Virus record (IMG/VR): IMGVR_UViG_3300017971_000027
Coordinates: 1-64,000 of that record
DNA: 64,000 nucleotides
From: a virus
Reading direction: 5' to 3' (one strand)
A program made the position numbers and the translations under genes. Shown here one piece after another: positions 50,840-62,098 of this stretch. The notes under the pieces were generated by a model. That model saw only the letters and a program-made list of their open reading frames with translations. It ran no database searches and was not told the DNA's origin. The stretch's first letter is position 1, and the number at the start of each line of letters is the position of its first letter.

Positions 50840-51415
50840 TATCTCGCGTTTCCTTCGTGTCGCTGTTCCGGGGTCTGAATACATCCAAATTCATGGAGCA
50901 TGTCGGCTATGTCCATCTGTCCGGGGTGCTTTTTCTTTGCCCTATACCGGTCATGCCGTGGTACCGACTGGCTCTTTTTAATAGCTGCCAGCCGTTGTTT
51001 CTGGACCCATTCCTGACACTCGCCGTGAGCTAGACCGGAATGCTCTTTATACCACGTCTTAAGTACCCAGTCGACTTCGGACTCAGGTACTCGCACGCCT
51101 TCTGGACCACCTAGAGCAGCACCACATCGGCAAAATCGTTTTAACCATACCATCTTTTCGCCGTTCATTCGTTCAACCGTCCTTCATTTCTTATCTTGGA
51201 GTCGTATACATTTTGTTCAGCACCACCGCCAAACACAGTCTTTCTTATATGTCCACAACACATACATACCCATTCACCATACCCATCTTTAACTCGCCAT
51301 ACTTTTTGCGTGTCGCATTTAGGGCATTTCGGCCAGCTGACGATAACTTTAATCTCTGTTATCTTAGACTCTATTTCAGACAACAGCATCATAACTTTTG
51401 TCATATCGTTCATGG

Positions 51416-53383
51416 TCATATCGCACACGTATCCCCATCACAGAACTTCTCTTCGACCTCATGAGTGTTCAACATTGACCAGTCTATTGGCTTGAGCTTG
51501 GCTATACACTTCTCGTACTCGTTCTGGCTAATTGCTTGGAACGGTGCCTGCTCAAAAAGATGGTCTTCAAGCGGTAGAAATGAGAGGGATTTAAGATCGG
51601 CCTCGAACATTGAAATAGCTCGGGCAATATCTTTTTTTTCTTCTGGCCTGAAGGTGATAGTGACAGACACCTGATTATCACTCCACCATCTCTGGACTTG
51701 TGAAACAAGAGCGAGCTGTTCCCACATCGACACATCTTCTCTCGAGCGCGAGAAATACGCATCTTCTTTGATTGGGAAATAGACGACATGCGTCGAGTCT
51801 TTTGCTTTACTCTTCTCAATTCTGTACCCTGCCTTTCGTAATGGCTTAAGGAGCGGAGAATGTTTCGAAAACCGCACCGTCCTATAGTAATACTCCGCGT
51901 ATGGATAGTGGATACCGAAGTTCGCGCCGGGAAGCATCGACACTGTTCCTGACGGTTTGACCGTAGTAGTCTTAATCGACCTCGGTATACACAACCAATC
52001 CGAATACATCTTATCGAGCTGTTGGATATAGTTGTACCCCTTGTCGCACCATGTCAGATACTCCCGCAGACCGAGCCTATTCACCGCCTGCACAATTCCA
52101 GACTGCGACAGACCTATTCGCCTGTTCCGCAACATAAGAGCATTTGTTCTCTCATAGTGCGTTGGTATGAGCGTAACTGTCTTTGCGTAGAGATATGCAA
52201 ACTTTAGTGTTCGCCGGTATTCGTCAATGCTTTCGTGCCGTGCAGGAAAAGACTCGACGACGTTACACATCTCGTAAGACTCAAGGGTCTGTTCACCGCA
52301 TGGATTCGTTCCTCTTGCCTTTTCATCTCGCCAATCAGCTTCGTCAACGGTACGACCGTATTTCTGTGCGTTCTCAAGCCAGAACAATCCCGGCTCACCG
52401 TTCTTTGACAGCATACCGACAACGCGCTCGTAGTCCATGCCAACCTCAGCCATAACCGAGTTGTTAGACGCCCACCTGTGATGCTGTAGTTCGTCGCCGT
52501 GTTTCTCAGGGTCCTTTAACGAGAGATACGCTTCATCGTCTGGAGACCCAAGAGCCAGTCCCGCCGACCGTCTAACCCCTCCGCTTACCACACACTTTCC
52601 TATCATGTTCATTATGTCGACGATATCGACAGATCTGATAGACGTGTCGATCCTGTCGCATAATATTGACTCGATATCTTCGAGTGCTTGTTTAAGTGGC
52701 CCCGGCCCCGGCGCAATCCCGCCAAACGTCTTGATCGGAGCGCCTGCCGGTCGAATCGCACTGAAGTCGAACGACTCTGGCAACCCGCCATCCCCAGCAT
52801 ATGCGTCCAGAAGGGTCTTAACGGCTTCTACCCAGCCTTCTTTCGAGTCTGCTATGGTCATACTACCCTTAAGCTCGATTGGACGTTGTATGGCGATTTT
52901 GCCAGCACCTTTGGTATCAAACGCAACGCCAACACCCAGCAGAGACATGTCCATCGCGAAACAGAATGGCTCAGAGAAACCAACCTTGTCGAAATCTTCA
53001 GTAGACACGAACGCACAGTTGTTCAAAGCTGCTGAACCCCTCATATAAATATAGTCCGTTCCCATCATCCAGAGGCCACGACCGGGGGGCAGGAACTTGA
53101 ACTCGAACATAAGGTCGAACATCTCCTGTGCCGACCTTTGTGCTTTGAGCGGGTTCCACGGCAGATGGTATGTCAGACAATGGTTCCATTGAATAGTATA
53201 ACATCCTTCTACTACCCTTCTTAATGTCTCATACCATTCCTCGGTCCTGTTCTCGTTCTGGATCTCGCGAGCGTAGGTGCGTTTGTATGTCACGTACCCG
53301 AGCGGACCCCAATCTGGTTCCCGTTCTTTGTACTGTTCGATAAACGAATCGTCGAGCTGGAATTTCTGTTGTATGTTTAACAA
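51416..53383 (-). CDS. nrdJ: adenosylcobalamin-dependent ribonucleoside-triphosphate reductase (class II, monomeric type)
   Basis: FLPPGRGLW, LNNC, VVSGGVRRSA, TNPCGEQ.L, TTVKPSGT, C-terminal CDGDTC. Confidence 0.97.
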   Translation of the reverse strand: MLNIQQKFQLDDSFIEQYKEREPDWGPLGYVTYKRTYAREIQNENRTEEWYETLRRVVEGCYTIQWNHCLTYHLPWNPLKAQRSAQEMFDLMFEFKFLPPGRGLWMMGTDYIYMRGSAALNNCAFVSTEDFDKVGFSEPFCFAMDMSLLGVGVAFDTKGAGKIAIQRPIELKGSMTIADSKEGWVEAVKTLLDAYAGDGGLPESFDFSAIRPAGAPIKTFGGIAPGPGPLKQALEDIESILCDRIDTSIRSVDIVDIMNMIGKCVVSGGVRRSAGLALGSPDDEAYLSLKDPEKHGDELQHHRWASNNSVMAEVGMDYERVVGMLSKNGEPGLFWLENAQKYGRTVDEADWRDEKARGTNPCGEQTLESYEMCNVVESFPARHESIDEYRRTLKFAYLYAKTVTLIPTHYERTNALMLRNRRIGLSQSGIVQAVNRLGLREYLTWCDKGYNYIQQLDKMYSDWLCIPRSIKTTTVKPSGTVSMLPGANFGIHYPYAEYYYRTVRFSKHSPLLKPLRKAGYRIEKSKAKDSTHVVYFPIKEDAYFSRSREDVSMWEQLALVSQVQRWWSDNQVSVTITFRPEEKKDIARAISMFEADLKSLSFLPLEDHLFEQAPFQAISQNEYEKCIAKLKPIDWSMLNTHEVEEKFCDGDTCAI

Positions 53384-53641
53384 CCGGCATCTCCTTCAAC
53401 ACACGCATCGTAAATTTCTTCTGGTTTGACATCTTCGTGCAACACATGTCGGCACCATTCGCGAACCTGCTTAACCGCTGCCATGTTCATTTTGATTTTG
53501 ACAGTCGGGTCGTCCACGACCGGCAATACCACCTCGACACATCTGGTCGGTATCTCGACATTACAGTCACCTCGAATCTCAGGCGACAAGACCACCTTGT
53601 ACTTGCATTCATCTGTTATCGGCACACCGCATTCAACCATC

Positions 53642-54439
53642 TTATCCAAACTCCATCATGTTAGCGCAGTCTGTTTCTACGCCATTGTCCCAGTTATATG
53701 TTTTCGCTTTGTCGGGTTTCTGCCTTTCGATTGTAGCAAAGTATTCGCGCAGACAGTTCCCACAATGTTTACACGCATGTGTATTGGCGTCTTTTCCGCA
53801 AGTATAGACGAGCGGATGGTTGCCAACAGCGTCAAGAACTACAGACCACCCGAGGTTGGTGATTGCCCAGTATTCGTTTGTTGTCCGTTTCTTTCTTTCG
53901 TAGTACGCGAGCCTCGGTATCTCTGGAATATCCTCGGCCTTGTGATACGCCATGAATGTCAGGACAACCGGTACGCCAAGACCATTGGCATAGTAGTTGA
54001 CCGCTGCACTTGCTAAACTTAAGTTCCATGTGTTAACCCTGAACCGGACAAACATCAGGTTCGGAGGCACACCGTCGACCTTGTAAAAATCTTCGTTGGT
54101 CATATCGCTCGGATTGACTGTCAACACGACAGGGTCTTCGAACTCGCTCAAGTCTGGTATCGAGGTATTGTAGAACTTCCTCGGGTACCGTTTGGTCGCT
54201 TTGATCACGTCGACCTTATCGTTGTTGCTATCATTACCGTCGTTCACCCTGACCACGTATTGGTTCGCGTGGCGGCAGTTGTAAAACATCGGCATGTTTG
54301 GCAAGTTCTCATCGAGTGGTTCCAAATACGAACGGCCCGATGTAAAAAAGCAATCTGCGCACCCTATGGGACACGTACTGTCTTGCGGGATACAACATAG
54401 TATACCGCTGCCCTTTGTTTTTGGATTCTCGATGTACAC
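53642..54439 (-). CDS. radical SAM-like protein
   Basis: CPIGCADC (Cx3Cx2C); C-terminal C...C..CGNC. Confidence 0.6.
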   Translation of the reverse strand: MYIENPKTKGSGILCCIPQDSTCPIGCADCFFTSGRSYLEPLDENLPNMPMFYNCRHANQYVVRVNDGNDSNNDKVDVIKATKRYPRKFYNTSIPDLSEFEDPVVLTVNPSDMTNEDFYKVDGVPPNLMFVRFRVNTWNLSLASAAVNYYANGLGVPVVLTFMAYHKAEDIPEIPRLAYYERKKRTTNEYWAITNLGWSVVLDAVGNHPLVYTCGKDANTHACKHCGNCLREYFATIERQKPDKAKTYNWDNGVETDCANMMEFG

Positions 54440-54444
54440 TTTCC

Positions 54445-54735
54445 TTACACCTCTCGCAATTTAACACCTGTCATTTCTTTGACTCTTTGTATGCGAATCC
54501 ACCCGGTCATCGCATAGTTTATGATATCCAAATACTCCTCGGATATCTCATCGAGGTTCTCGGCGACAGTTCTCTTGAGATATGCTCCGCTGCCGTATTC
54601 ATGTTCGCCCTTCTTCAGCCTTGCCATAGACTCGGCCAGACAGTTGATCACATCGTCTGCCTGTATGTCGCTCGGCATAGACTCCATCAGTTTTTCTATC
54701 GCGTTTTTCATATCGTTATAGCCTCTTTGAACCAC
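54445..54735 (-). CDS. all-alpha NTP pyrophosphohydrolase-like protein
   Basis: R..KG..EYG...L.E..EE.LD..NYA. Confidence 0.45.
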   Translation of the reverse strand: MVQRGYNDMKNAIEKLMESMPSDIQADDVINCLAESMARLKKGEHEYGSGAYLKRTVAENLDEISEEYLDIINYAMTGWIRIQRVKEMTGVKLREV

Positions 54736-56285
54736 GCTGGGATGTCAGATGCACTGGACCCCATCGCCTTTATGATCTGCTTATCGAGAATATAGGTAAC
54801 GCACCTGTCCTCAGCAGATCGCATTCCACGTCCTACTCCCTGTATTACGGTCTGTATCATGTTCGACCGATACCACAACTCTCCAATCTTACCACCCCCA
54901 TATAGCCGGTTACTGGTTAACTTGTCGCCCAAATTTAAGAACGGTGCCTTGGCCCATATTATGAACCGGCACTTGTCTTCCTCGAGACTGACTCCGCGCT
55001 CGGTACTCGGGCTTACCAGAACGAGCGGTTGGCTTGATTCCATGAACATCTCGACTTGTGCAATCCGGTTTTGCGCATCGTGCGTTATCAGTCGGTCGCT
55101 GTGTATCCGGTCCATAATATCGTTTGCGACTCGATAACTGGTTGTGTGAATCAGTCCCTTCTCGTTCGGGTGCTTATCCATAACCTGTCGAATACCAGCA
55201 ACCAGTTTGTCGATCTCTTCATCGTGCGTCTTCTTTGTCATATTCGCGCATGGCTTAAATATAACCGGTCGACGTTTCGGATCAAAATTCGACGGCACGT
55301 ACATGTAATCTATGTCGCCAACATTCAGTCCGTTCAGCTTTGCCAGAGATGGCATCGGTTCCATAGTCGCGGACATTAGCACAAACTTCAGCCCGTGTCG
55401 AAAGAAATATTGATAAGCCAACTCTTCACTGACCCACGTTGGCCTGAATAGGTAGCCACCCATTCTTTCGCGGTCGAATATCCATGTACCGTCTACATGT
55501 TTCTCGAACATTTCCAGCTTACCCATCAGACCATCGAGCCGTTTCTTCATCTTATTCTCGGCAGCGACTTTTTTCTGCGGGTCTTTATACCGTCTTCCGA
55601 CCTCGGAGATGATGCTCGGACCTCTCTGAATAACTGCAACGCCAACTTCTTCGGCCCATTCTTTCCAACAAGCCAGCCCGTTCTTCTCGGTCGGGGTCAC
55701 ATATTTCGGCTCCTCGATACCGAGCGACTTGATCAGCTTGAACGGAAGCTGGAGCGAGATGAACCCGCTTAAAATCCGTTCCAGCGTATCGGATTCGTCA
55801 CAGATGATAACATCTCGACCGGACATACGACCGACGTAATTACACTCAAACAGAAAGTAGTCGTAATTCAGTATACCGAGCGAGTTACCCAGCACTTTCT
55901 GTTTCGCAGTTTCATATGGACAGTAACTGAACCTGAATTCGCACGGTGTAGCTTTCGAGTGCATACACTCAGCAGCTGTTCCGAGAGGGTTCTGAAGACA
56001 AGCATAATTCGACCGGCCCCACAACTTGTCGGCTTCGGGAAAATCGTCGATGATCTGCTGTTGTAGATGTCTTGTATGGCATAGATAGAACATGTTGCCA
56101 GACATCTGACCGGTCACCATTCCTATGAGAGATTTACCGGCACCGGTAGGGGCTTCGATACAGACTATAGGCTTGTCGGACTCGAATGCGAACTCGACTG
56201 CTTCTTGTTGGTATGGTCTGAAATCTCTGTTCCGAAACTTCGCAAATACGTTCTTATGATGTATCGGGCTTGTACTCGGATTCAT
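54708..56285 (-). CDS. DinG/YoaA (Rad3-like) SF2 helicase
   Basis: FRPYQ, APTGAGKS, GRSNY.C with Fe-S Cys, DES, MSAT, QGVGRGMRS..D. Confidence 0.92.
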   Translation of the reverse strand: MNPSTSPIHHKNVFAKFRNRDFRPYQQEAVEFAFESDKPIVCIEAPTGAGKSLIGMVTGQMSGNMFYLCHTRHLQQQIIDDFPEADKLWGRSNYACLQNPLGTAAECMHSKATPCEFRFSYCPYETAKQKVLGNSLGILNYDYFLFECNYVGRMSGRDVIICDESDTLERILSGFISLQLPFKLIKSLGIEEPKYVTPTEKNGLACWKEWAEEVGVAVIQRGPSIISEVGRRYKDPQKKVAAENKMKKRLDGLMGKLEMFEKHVDGTWIFDRERMGGYLFRPTWVSEELAYQYFFRHGLKFVLMSATMEPMPSLAKLNGLNVGDIDYMYVPSNFDPKRRPVIFKPCANMTKKTHDEEIDKLVAGIRQVMDKHPNEKGLIHTTSYRVANDIMDRIHSDRLITHDAQNRIAQVEMFMESSQPLVLVSPSTERGVSLEEDKCRFIIWAKAPFLNLGDKLTSNRLYGGGKIGELWYRSNMIQTVIQGVGRGMRSAEDRCVTYILDKQIIKAMGSSASDIPAWFKEAITI

Positions 56286-56702
56286 GCACCTTTTTCCCTT
56301 TGCTATGCTCGTCGTTCCACACACTACAATCATGTTGCTCGCACACGTATAACCAGTCCGTGTACTTGCTCCGACCTTTCGGCCAGCGGTACCGAGCTAC
56401 TGCCGGTTCGTCACAATCATCGGTATCCACGTTACCATCAACATGAGAGCCATAATCACATCGATGTGTTATCAGGTCCTGTCTCTCTATCTTCCTCAGT
56501 TTCTTCACGTTTCTTGCGTTCCCTCTCTTCCATCCATTGTATCCAATACGGCTCAAGACTGGCAAGCATAAACGATACAAACAACACGCCCCATGTCGGA
56601 GCCACAACCCATATCCAGTGCCAGCCTATATTGCCCGTAAGTTTCAGTATCAGAAACGCCATCTGTAACATTAAAAAGTAGGACGGCGCATTGCTATTCG
56701 CT

Positions 56703-57227
56703 TCATTCATCTTCCACTCCTGTTTGCAGGTTATGGATAGACTCGTTCATCCTGTCGATAGTCTCCGATAAACGGTCCATCTTTTTCGATGGGTCGCCCT
56801 TGGTCTGTGCCATCTTTTTCTGTAGCTCGGCAGCATACTGGGCCAACTCCAACCTGCGTTCCGTCTCGCCAAGGACGGAAAGATCCCGACACGCCTTGTC
56901 AAGTTCTTTAACATCTACATTGTAATCTGATAACAGTTTCAAGAACATCCGCATACCGCATTTCAGGGCTGAGTTCCAGAACGCATTGATCGTGTGGTTG
57001 TTCCTGTTCTTCGGCGTGAACCAATCGTGCGGTGCTAGTTCAAGAACCTGATTCGCCATATCGATTGTCGTCGGGTGAATTCTTATTCGTATCTGTGAAC
57101 TGTGACCGTGCTGATCGGACGTGCCGATACCCCACAGCAAATCTTTCATTAACTCTTCTCTGGTAAAATGAACATCGAATGCCGGTGGTGTTTTGCTTGT
57201 GTTTGTTTTACCCTTTTCGAGTGGCAT
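56703..57227 (-). CDS. hypothetical protein (possible ribbon-helix-helix)
   Basis: QIRIRIHP strand followed by helices. Confidence 0.4.
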   Translation of the reverse strand: MPLEKGKTNTSKTPPAFDVHFTREELMKDLLWGIGTSDQHGHSSQIRIRIHPTTIDMANQVLELAPHDWFTPKNRNNHTINAFWNSALKCGMRMFLKLLSDYNVDVKELDKACRDLSVLGETERRLELAQYAAELQKKMAQTKGDPSKKMDRLSETIDRMNESIHNLQTGVEDE

Positions 57228-57239
57228 GGACTTCTCCTT

Positions 57240-57881
57240 CTAACTCATTTCAATTTCTTCTGGACGCATATTAACCTCGTCCAGTGCTTCAAGAATTTCC
57301 TCCATCACGTCCTTCATAACCGGCTCAACATCTTCTGTGTACCGTTGCGGTAAAATCCTTTCGAATTTCTCGAGCGCATTGTTTGCCAATGTTGAATACC
57401 GGTAATATTTCTCCAGCGACGTCATCGACCGGATCAATGCCTCGCACCGAGTGAGGTCTTGATCAAAGACATTAAACTCCATCATTCGAAAGAGAACAAT
57501 CAGGCCCATGATATAAACGGTGCCATGAAACTCTTCAAAGTTATCGAAGTACCCGTCAGGAAGTTTTCTGTAAGCGTCCTTGATGGTTGCGTCGAGTTGT
57601 TTTGTGAGATGCATTCTCACATGAACGGGCCAGTCAGCGTTCCTTCTATTGTATTTTGTCTTTCGTGCTGACGGTTGCGCGAGCATCCATACCTCTTGCA
57701 GGAAATCAAAGAACCCGTCATAAGTATATGTATCTTCTTCGCTGGTCCGCAACGGTAGCGGTTTTAGCTTTTGGCCTTGTGTTCTTTTCTTAGTTTTTCG
57801 ACCTCGCTTTTTACTTTTGACCCCACGTTGTCGCCCAGCGTCCACAGGCTTTTCACCCCCTGATTGTTTCCTTTCTGGCAT
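57240..57881 (-). CDS. hypothetical protein (possible ribbon-helix-helix, basic N-terminus)
   Basis: VHVRMHL strand followed by helices; similar layout to the downstream gene. Confidence 0.4.
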   Translation of the reverse strand: MPERKQSGGEKPVDAGRQRGVKSKKRGRKTKKRTQGQKLKPLPLRTSEEDTYTYDGFFDFLQEVWMLAQPSARKTKYNRRNADWPVHVRMHLTKQLDATIKDAYRKLPDGYFDNFEEFHGTVYIMGLIVLFRMMEFNVFDQDLTRCEALIRSMTSLEKYYRYSTLANNALEKFERILPQRYTEDVEPVMKDVMEEILEALDEVNMRPEEIEMS

Positions 57882-58257
57882 TTCAACACACCTCTTGATA
57901 TTAGCGATTTTGTTAGCGACTGCGACGAGAATGATTGTGAATCGAACATCCTATTAAAGTCAGCTCGTCCAAACGGTATCCAATCAGAGCCGGTACCAAT
58001 CATGCATTCAATGATAAACCTGACGAAAGTCTCAGCTCGAGTGATAAGTCTCCAGTCGCGACCTGTCTTCTCACTGACTGATCTCGATATCTCGATACTG
58101 AGCGGTTTCCATTGCGAGTGCGCGAACGCAAACGAGTTGAACCTTTTTATCTCGTCGGCAGATAGACTTCTGTTCTGGACAAGAGCAACGATAGCATCTT
58201 TGCTCGGCAGATCGCATTTCACCTCAATCGGCTCGTCGGCTATATCAACATGCATTC

Positions 58258-59046
58258 TCATAGGTTAATCGCCTCTTGTTTCTGTATCGCGAGAGGAGCC
58301 AATACCGGACCCCAATCCTCCAATTTTCCATCGTAAACGTCGAACCAGACAAACCCGAAGTGTACCGTGCCAGAACAGAGACGTGAGCCGAAACGCGAAC
58401 CTTGACCCTGTAGGGCTGGCGTTGTCATACCGAGCCATATCTTTTCACCAGCACCGTCAGGACCGCCACAGAATTGATGGTAGTGGACGTGTGACCTGAT
58501 GATCACATCGGCTTTTGGAGACGCACCATGCTTCGACCATTCGTCGTTCCATATTTTCTCTCGAGCCGTGGCCGTATGTCGACCGTATGGTACCGAGCTG
58601 GACGATATTGCGTGTTTAGCGTCAAAGCAGACACCTTCGATATTGAACCATGCGTGGTCTTTACAGGCTTTTGCATTGACGTTTTGTGCTATGACGTTTT
58701 CAAAGTCTTCTTTCGTGCCGGTGTGGTATGGTGTTCCTTTGATAATACCGACATTCTTACACTCGGCGACTTCGATTGCCTCGACTGCCATCTCGCACTG
58801 GACAAGCCGGTCAGTTGTAATCAGCTCGACACTACCGGAACGATCTCCTCGCCCGTCGATACAGTCACCGTTAACGAGCAGCGCGTTCACCGGTCGCATA
58901 GCTTTCATCTTGCGGACATAGAAGTCGTACAGCTCCGCTTGAGTATCGTTCTGTTGCCATGCCGGTGGAGTGAGACCTACTACATGACCGCAGTGAAGGT
59001 CCGAAATAACTACTACCCGTTTGTGTCTACCATTTCGCTTGTGCAT
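58258..59046 (-). CDS. calcineurin-like metallophosphoesterase
   Basis: SDLHCG, NGDCIDG, GTPYH, RSHVH. Confidence 0.9.
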   Translation of the reverse strand: MHKRNGRHKRVVVISDLHCGHVVGLTPPAWQQNDTQAELYDFYVRKMKAMRPVNALLVNGDCIDGRGDRSGSVELITTDRLVQCEMAVEAIEVAECKNVGIIKGTPYHTGTKEDFENVIAQNVNAKACKDHAWFNIEGVCFDAKHAISSSSVPYGRHTATAREKIWNDEWSKHGASPKADVIIRSHVHYHQFCGGPDGAGEKIWLGMTTPALQGQGSRFGSRLCSGTVHFGFVWFDVYDGKLEDWGPVLAPLAIQKQEAINL

Positions 59047-59597
59047 TTATCACCTTTCAACACGTTGTATGCTTTGACCAGTCTGTCCAATGCCCATCGT
59101 TCACACGCTTGCCGGTTCCGGTTCGCGTAGACGTGAATCCCGTTTCGAACGTTGCAGCTTACCAGAAACCCGCGTACATGTTCAGGTGTAATCCTACCTC
59201 CGTACACCTGTGGCGCAACCAAGTCACTTTCGTTAGCTTCAATCAAAAGACCGGCAAAAAACATGGATTGTAAAATCTCTCGTTTCCTGTCGGTCTTCTT
59301 TCTCTCCTTGCCCACATAGCTTAGAAAGTCGCTTACTCTTTTTCTCTCGATACCTATCTGATTCTCGTACCCCTCGACCGTGTAATCGATAGCGGTCGGA
59401 CATGTGACACACTTGATTTCGAGACCTTTGTAGAGGCCTTTCTTGAGTATAATATGATCGCCTTTCTGGAGACGATGGTCTACAAACAATGGCAACTGCT
59501 CTCTGGAATCTATCAACAAGACAAACCCCTCTGGCAGCTTGGTGGGTTTATACTTGATTCTCGATGTTTTGATTCGTTGGTTCGATCTGGTTAACAT
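59013..59597 (-). CDS. ERCC4-domain nuclease (putative resolvase)
   Basis: IDSREQ.P, DY, IERK...DF, LLIE. Confidence 0.88.
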   Translation of the reverse strand: MLTRSNQRIKTSRIKYKPTKLPEGFVLLIDSREQLPLFVDHRLQKGDHIILKKGLYKGLEIKCVTCPTAIDYTVEGYENQIGIERKRVSDFLSYVGKERKKTDRKREILQSMFFAGLLIEANESDLVAPQVYGGRITPEHVRGFLVSCNVRNGIHVYANRNRQACERWALDRLVKAYNVLKGDKCTSEMVDTNG

Positions 59598-59684
59598 GCA
59601 TCCTTCTTACTCACACCTTATAATGACTTGCTGGGGGCCGAACTGGCTAAGTAGTCCGACCCCCAGCATATTAGAAGCTAACGG

Positions 59685-60248
59685 TTACCCCCAATCTTCT
59701 CCGTCACCTTCACCTTCACCGGTATCGTCGTCGGCAGTATCGAACATGCCATCGACATACGGTTTGACCGTTGACGACATTGCAGGGAACACCCCGTTGT
59801 CGTTCTCGTCCTCTTTAAGGTATGTTGCAACCTTATTGTCAGGGACGCGAATTGTCAACAGACTCGCGATGCCTTCGTCAAACCAGCTATCGGCATCGTC
59901 GTGTTCTGCAATAATCAGGTCATGCAGAGAGTTTCCATCAGCGTCTTTGATGTTAGCGACGATATTCGCGACCGCTGTTTCGTTGTTTTTTGCCCACGCT
60001 TCGTCAGCCAGTTCATCTTTGGCGTGGTTGATGTTCCCGATAACCTTGCGACCGATGTACTGTTCGTTTTCTTCCAACTCACAGTCGCATATCTCGGCTT
60101 CGAAGTGGAACCGTCCCTGACATGCTTTCGTGTCAGCTTCGACGTATTCGAACTTCTTAAACAGGATACCGTAGTTGCCTGCGCCACCCTCGAAGCTCGC
60201 ACCACCGCCACCATACTGCGCGTTCTCTTGTCCTCTTGGTAGAGCCAT
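59685..60248 (-). CDS. single-stranded DNA-binding protein (putative)
   Basis: Acidic C-terminal tail ending EDWG; lies in the Cas4-Sak4-SSB module. Confidence 0.65.
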   Translation of the reverse strand: MALPRGQENAQYGGGGASFEGGAGNYGILFKKFEYVEADTKACQGRFHFEAEICDCELEENEQYIGRKVIGNINHAKDELADEAWAKNNETAVANIVANIKDADGNSLHDLIIAEHDDADSWFDEGIASLLTIRVPDNKVATYLKEDENDNGVFPAMSSTVKPYVDGMFDTADDDTGEGEGDGEDWG

Positions 60249-60696
60249 TTCAGATTCTCCTTCTGTGTATTCTACCTGTTACCTGTTGACCACTTGAGTT
60301 GTGACTGTCCGAGCCACTTACCCACGTCATGACTACCAAGTCACAACGATTTGCCGTGCGGACCATGACCGATGACCCGCACTTATAACATTCTTCACGC
60401 CATATATCACCCCTTTCTGAAAAACAATGCGAACACGAGACATGGGTAAGACTATGAGGTTGATTGCTCTTCCGCTTTGTCCTTGGAGTAGCGAGACAGG
60501 AACACGTTGATGTGTTCTACCATGCTGTCGTAACACTTTCTGCACATGTCGGGGAAGTTCTTGCTGACGTCAGCTCGGCCACCAATTCCACCCGCGAATT
60601 GAACACTGATACTCGCGTTCTGGAAGTAGTCGCCTGTACACTCTTTCCCGCACCTGTCACACCGTACTATTTCTTCTCTACTCATTCGTCCGCTCC

Positions 60697-60915
60697 TTAG
60701 TCTAACGCTTTGTAAATAGCCAAGCACACTAATGCAAACACGCCTAATCCCAGCACTACCAACCAAGGTATCCATATCGGCGACATCACACGCCACCACG
60801 ACCAATTCGCAACTCGACCGACTTCGCCAAGCTTCATGCCTATGAACATGATGTTCAACGCACCGAGATACCCTAACCCAGCAAAGTTGATGTTAGGTTT
60901 ATTCTTCATCATCAC
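60697..60915 (-). CDS. small membrane protein (W.W.WV..P.W family)
   Basis: FIGMKL...NWSWWRVMSPIWIP; a second family member lies at 56456..56710. Confidence 0.7.
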   Translation of the reverse strand: MMMKNKPNINFAGLGYLGALNIMFIGMKLGEVGRVANWSWWRVMSPIWIPWLVVLGLGVFALVCLAIYKALD

Positions 60916-61775
60916 GCTCCTTTCAACTCTCCGCTCGACATCTTCAACACCGCGCTGATATCCAGCGGACCGCCCACCGGCTTCACATTACCATCTTCAT
61001 CGCGCTGATGAACTCCAGCCCACTTACACGTAAACCGACCTTTGACTTTCGGGTGTTCCGAGAAGTATACCATAGGAGGAAACTTCTGGACCCTGCGTTT
61101 AATACCTTTCGCATCTTCGATCATCGTGAAGCTCTTACGAACCAGACCGATCAGGTCATACGCCTGTGGCATGTTCCGAGGATACTCCTGACCTTTAAGT
61201 AACGGTCCTGCGAAGACCTCGTCGTCCCATTTGGGATTCTCCTGCAAACCAGCCATACAGATTACAACCTTGCCGTGTTTACGAGCCAGAATCCCAAGGT
61301 TGTGGTCGAGTCGTCGCATCCAGCCGGAAAGTGCGCCGTACCCTTCGAGAGAAGTCTTCACGCGAGTTGTGATAGGTTTCTTCGAGTTAGGACTGGCTTC
61401 CGCACCTTCGTCTTCAATCTCGCGACCAAGCAGCTCGTTCATGATATAGCTGTGTGAGTCGATTATTATGCTGTTGAACCCCTCGAACTTTTCTGGCCGA
61501 GAGATACTGTGGAAGAAATCGAGCCACGTTTCCGGTTCCATGAACGCAACCTTGGTTGTATCCACACCGGACGCTATCACGTTATCGCGTACAGGCCGTT
61601 TCTCAAGACCTACATAGAGGCACGGTTTTGGGGCGGTCGCGATTGACGATGTCGTCTTGCCACCACCGGTCTCGCCGTACAGGAAGATCATCTTCCCGCC
61701 AGATTCCAAATCCTCGAATTTCTTGATCGGGACATCTTTCGCACCGTGGGCTTGTTTCTTTTTTGCTTTAGCCAT
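60912..61775 (-). CDS. AAA_24/Sak4-like recombination ATPase
   Basis: LYGETGGGKTT, IIIDS, YG.L, P.L.G, YDLIG. Confidence 0.85.
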   Translation of the reverse strand: MAKAKKKQAHGAKDVPIKKFEDLESGGKMIFLYGETGGGKTTSSIATAPKPCLYVGLEKRPVRDNVIASGVDTTKVAFMEPETWLDFFHSISRPEKFEGFNSIIIDSHSYIMNELLGREIEDEGAEASPNSKKPITTRVKTSLEGYGALSGWMRRLDHNLGILARKHGKVVICMAGLQENPKWDDEVFAGPLLKGQEYPRNMPQAYDLIGLVRKSFTMIEDAKGIKRRVQKFPPMVYFSEHPKVKGRFTCKWAGVHQRDEDGNVKPVGGPLDISAVLKMSSGELKGA

Positions 61776-62098
61776 TTCGCACCTTCCATTCTTGTTCCCA
61801 TATGTCTCTGAGAATTCGCCTCGCCCCACCATCAACAACTTCGTGTGGACACATGTAGTTGTCAGCCATACCCGAGTCTGCTATATTATCGTACTTGACG
61901 GGTATATCACCAAGCACCTCAGATAGGAATTCCGCAACCGCTTCAGACTTCGGCCCACCACTATCATGATAATCGTCACCATACACAGCGATACATTCGC
62001 CGTTGAGATGCACTGACACGCATAATAGGTCACACATGCATTCAGGATCTTCGTCTCTATCGTGATGATGAATTACTTTGATAGTTGGTCTTTCCATC

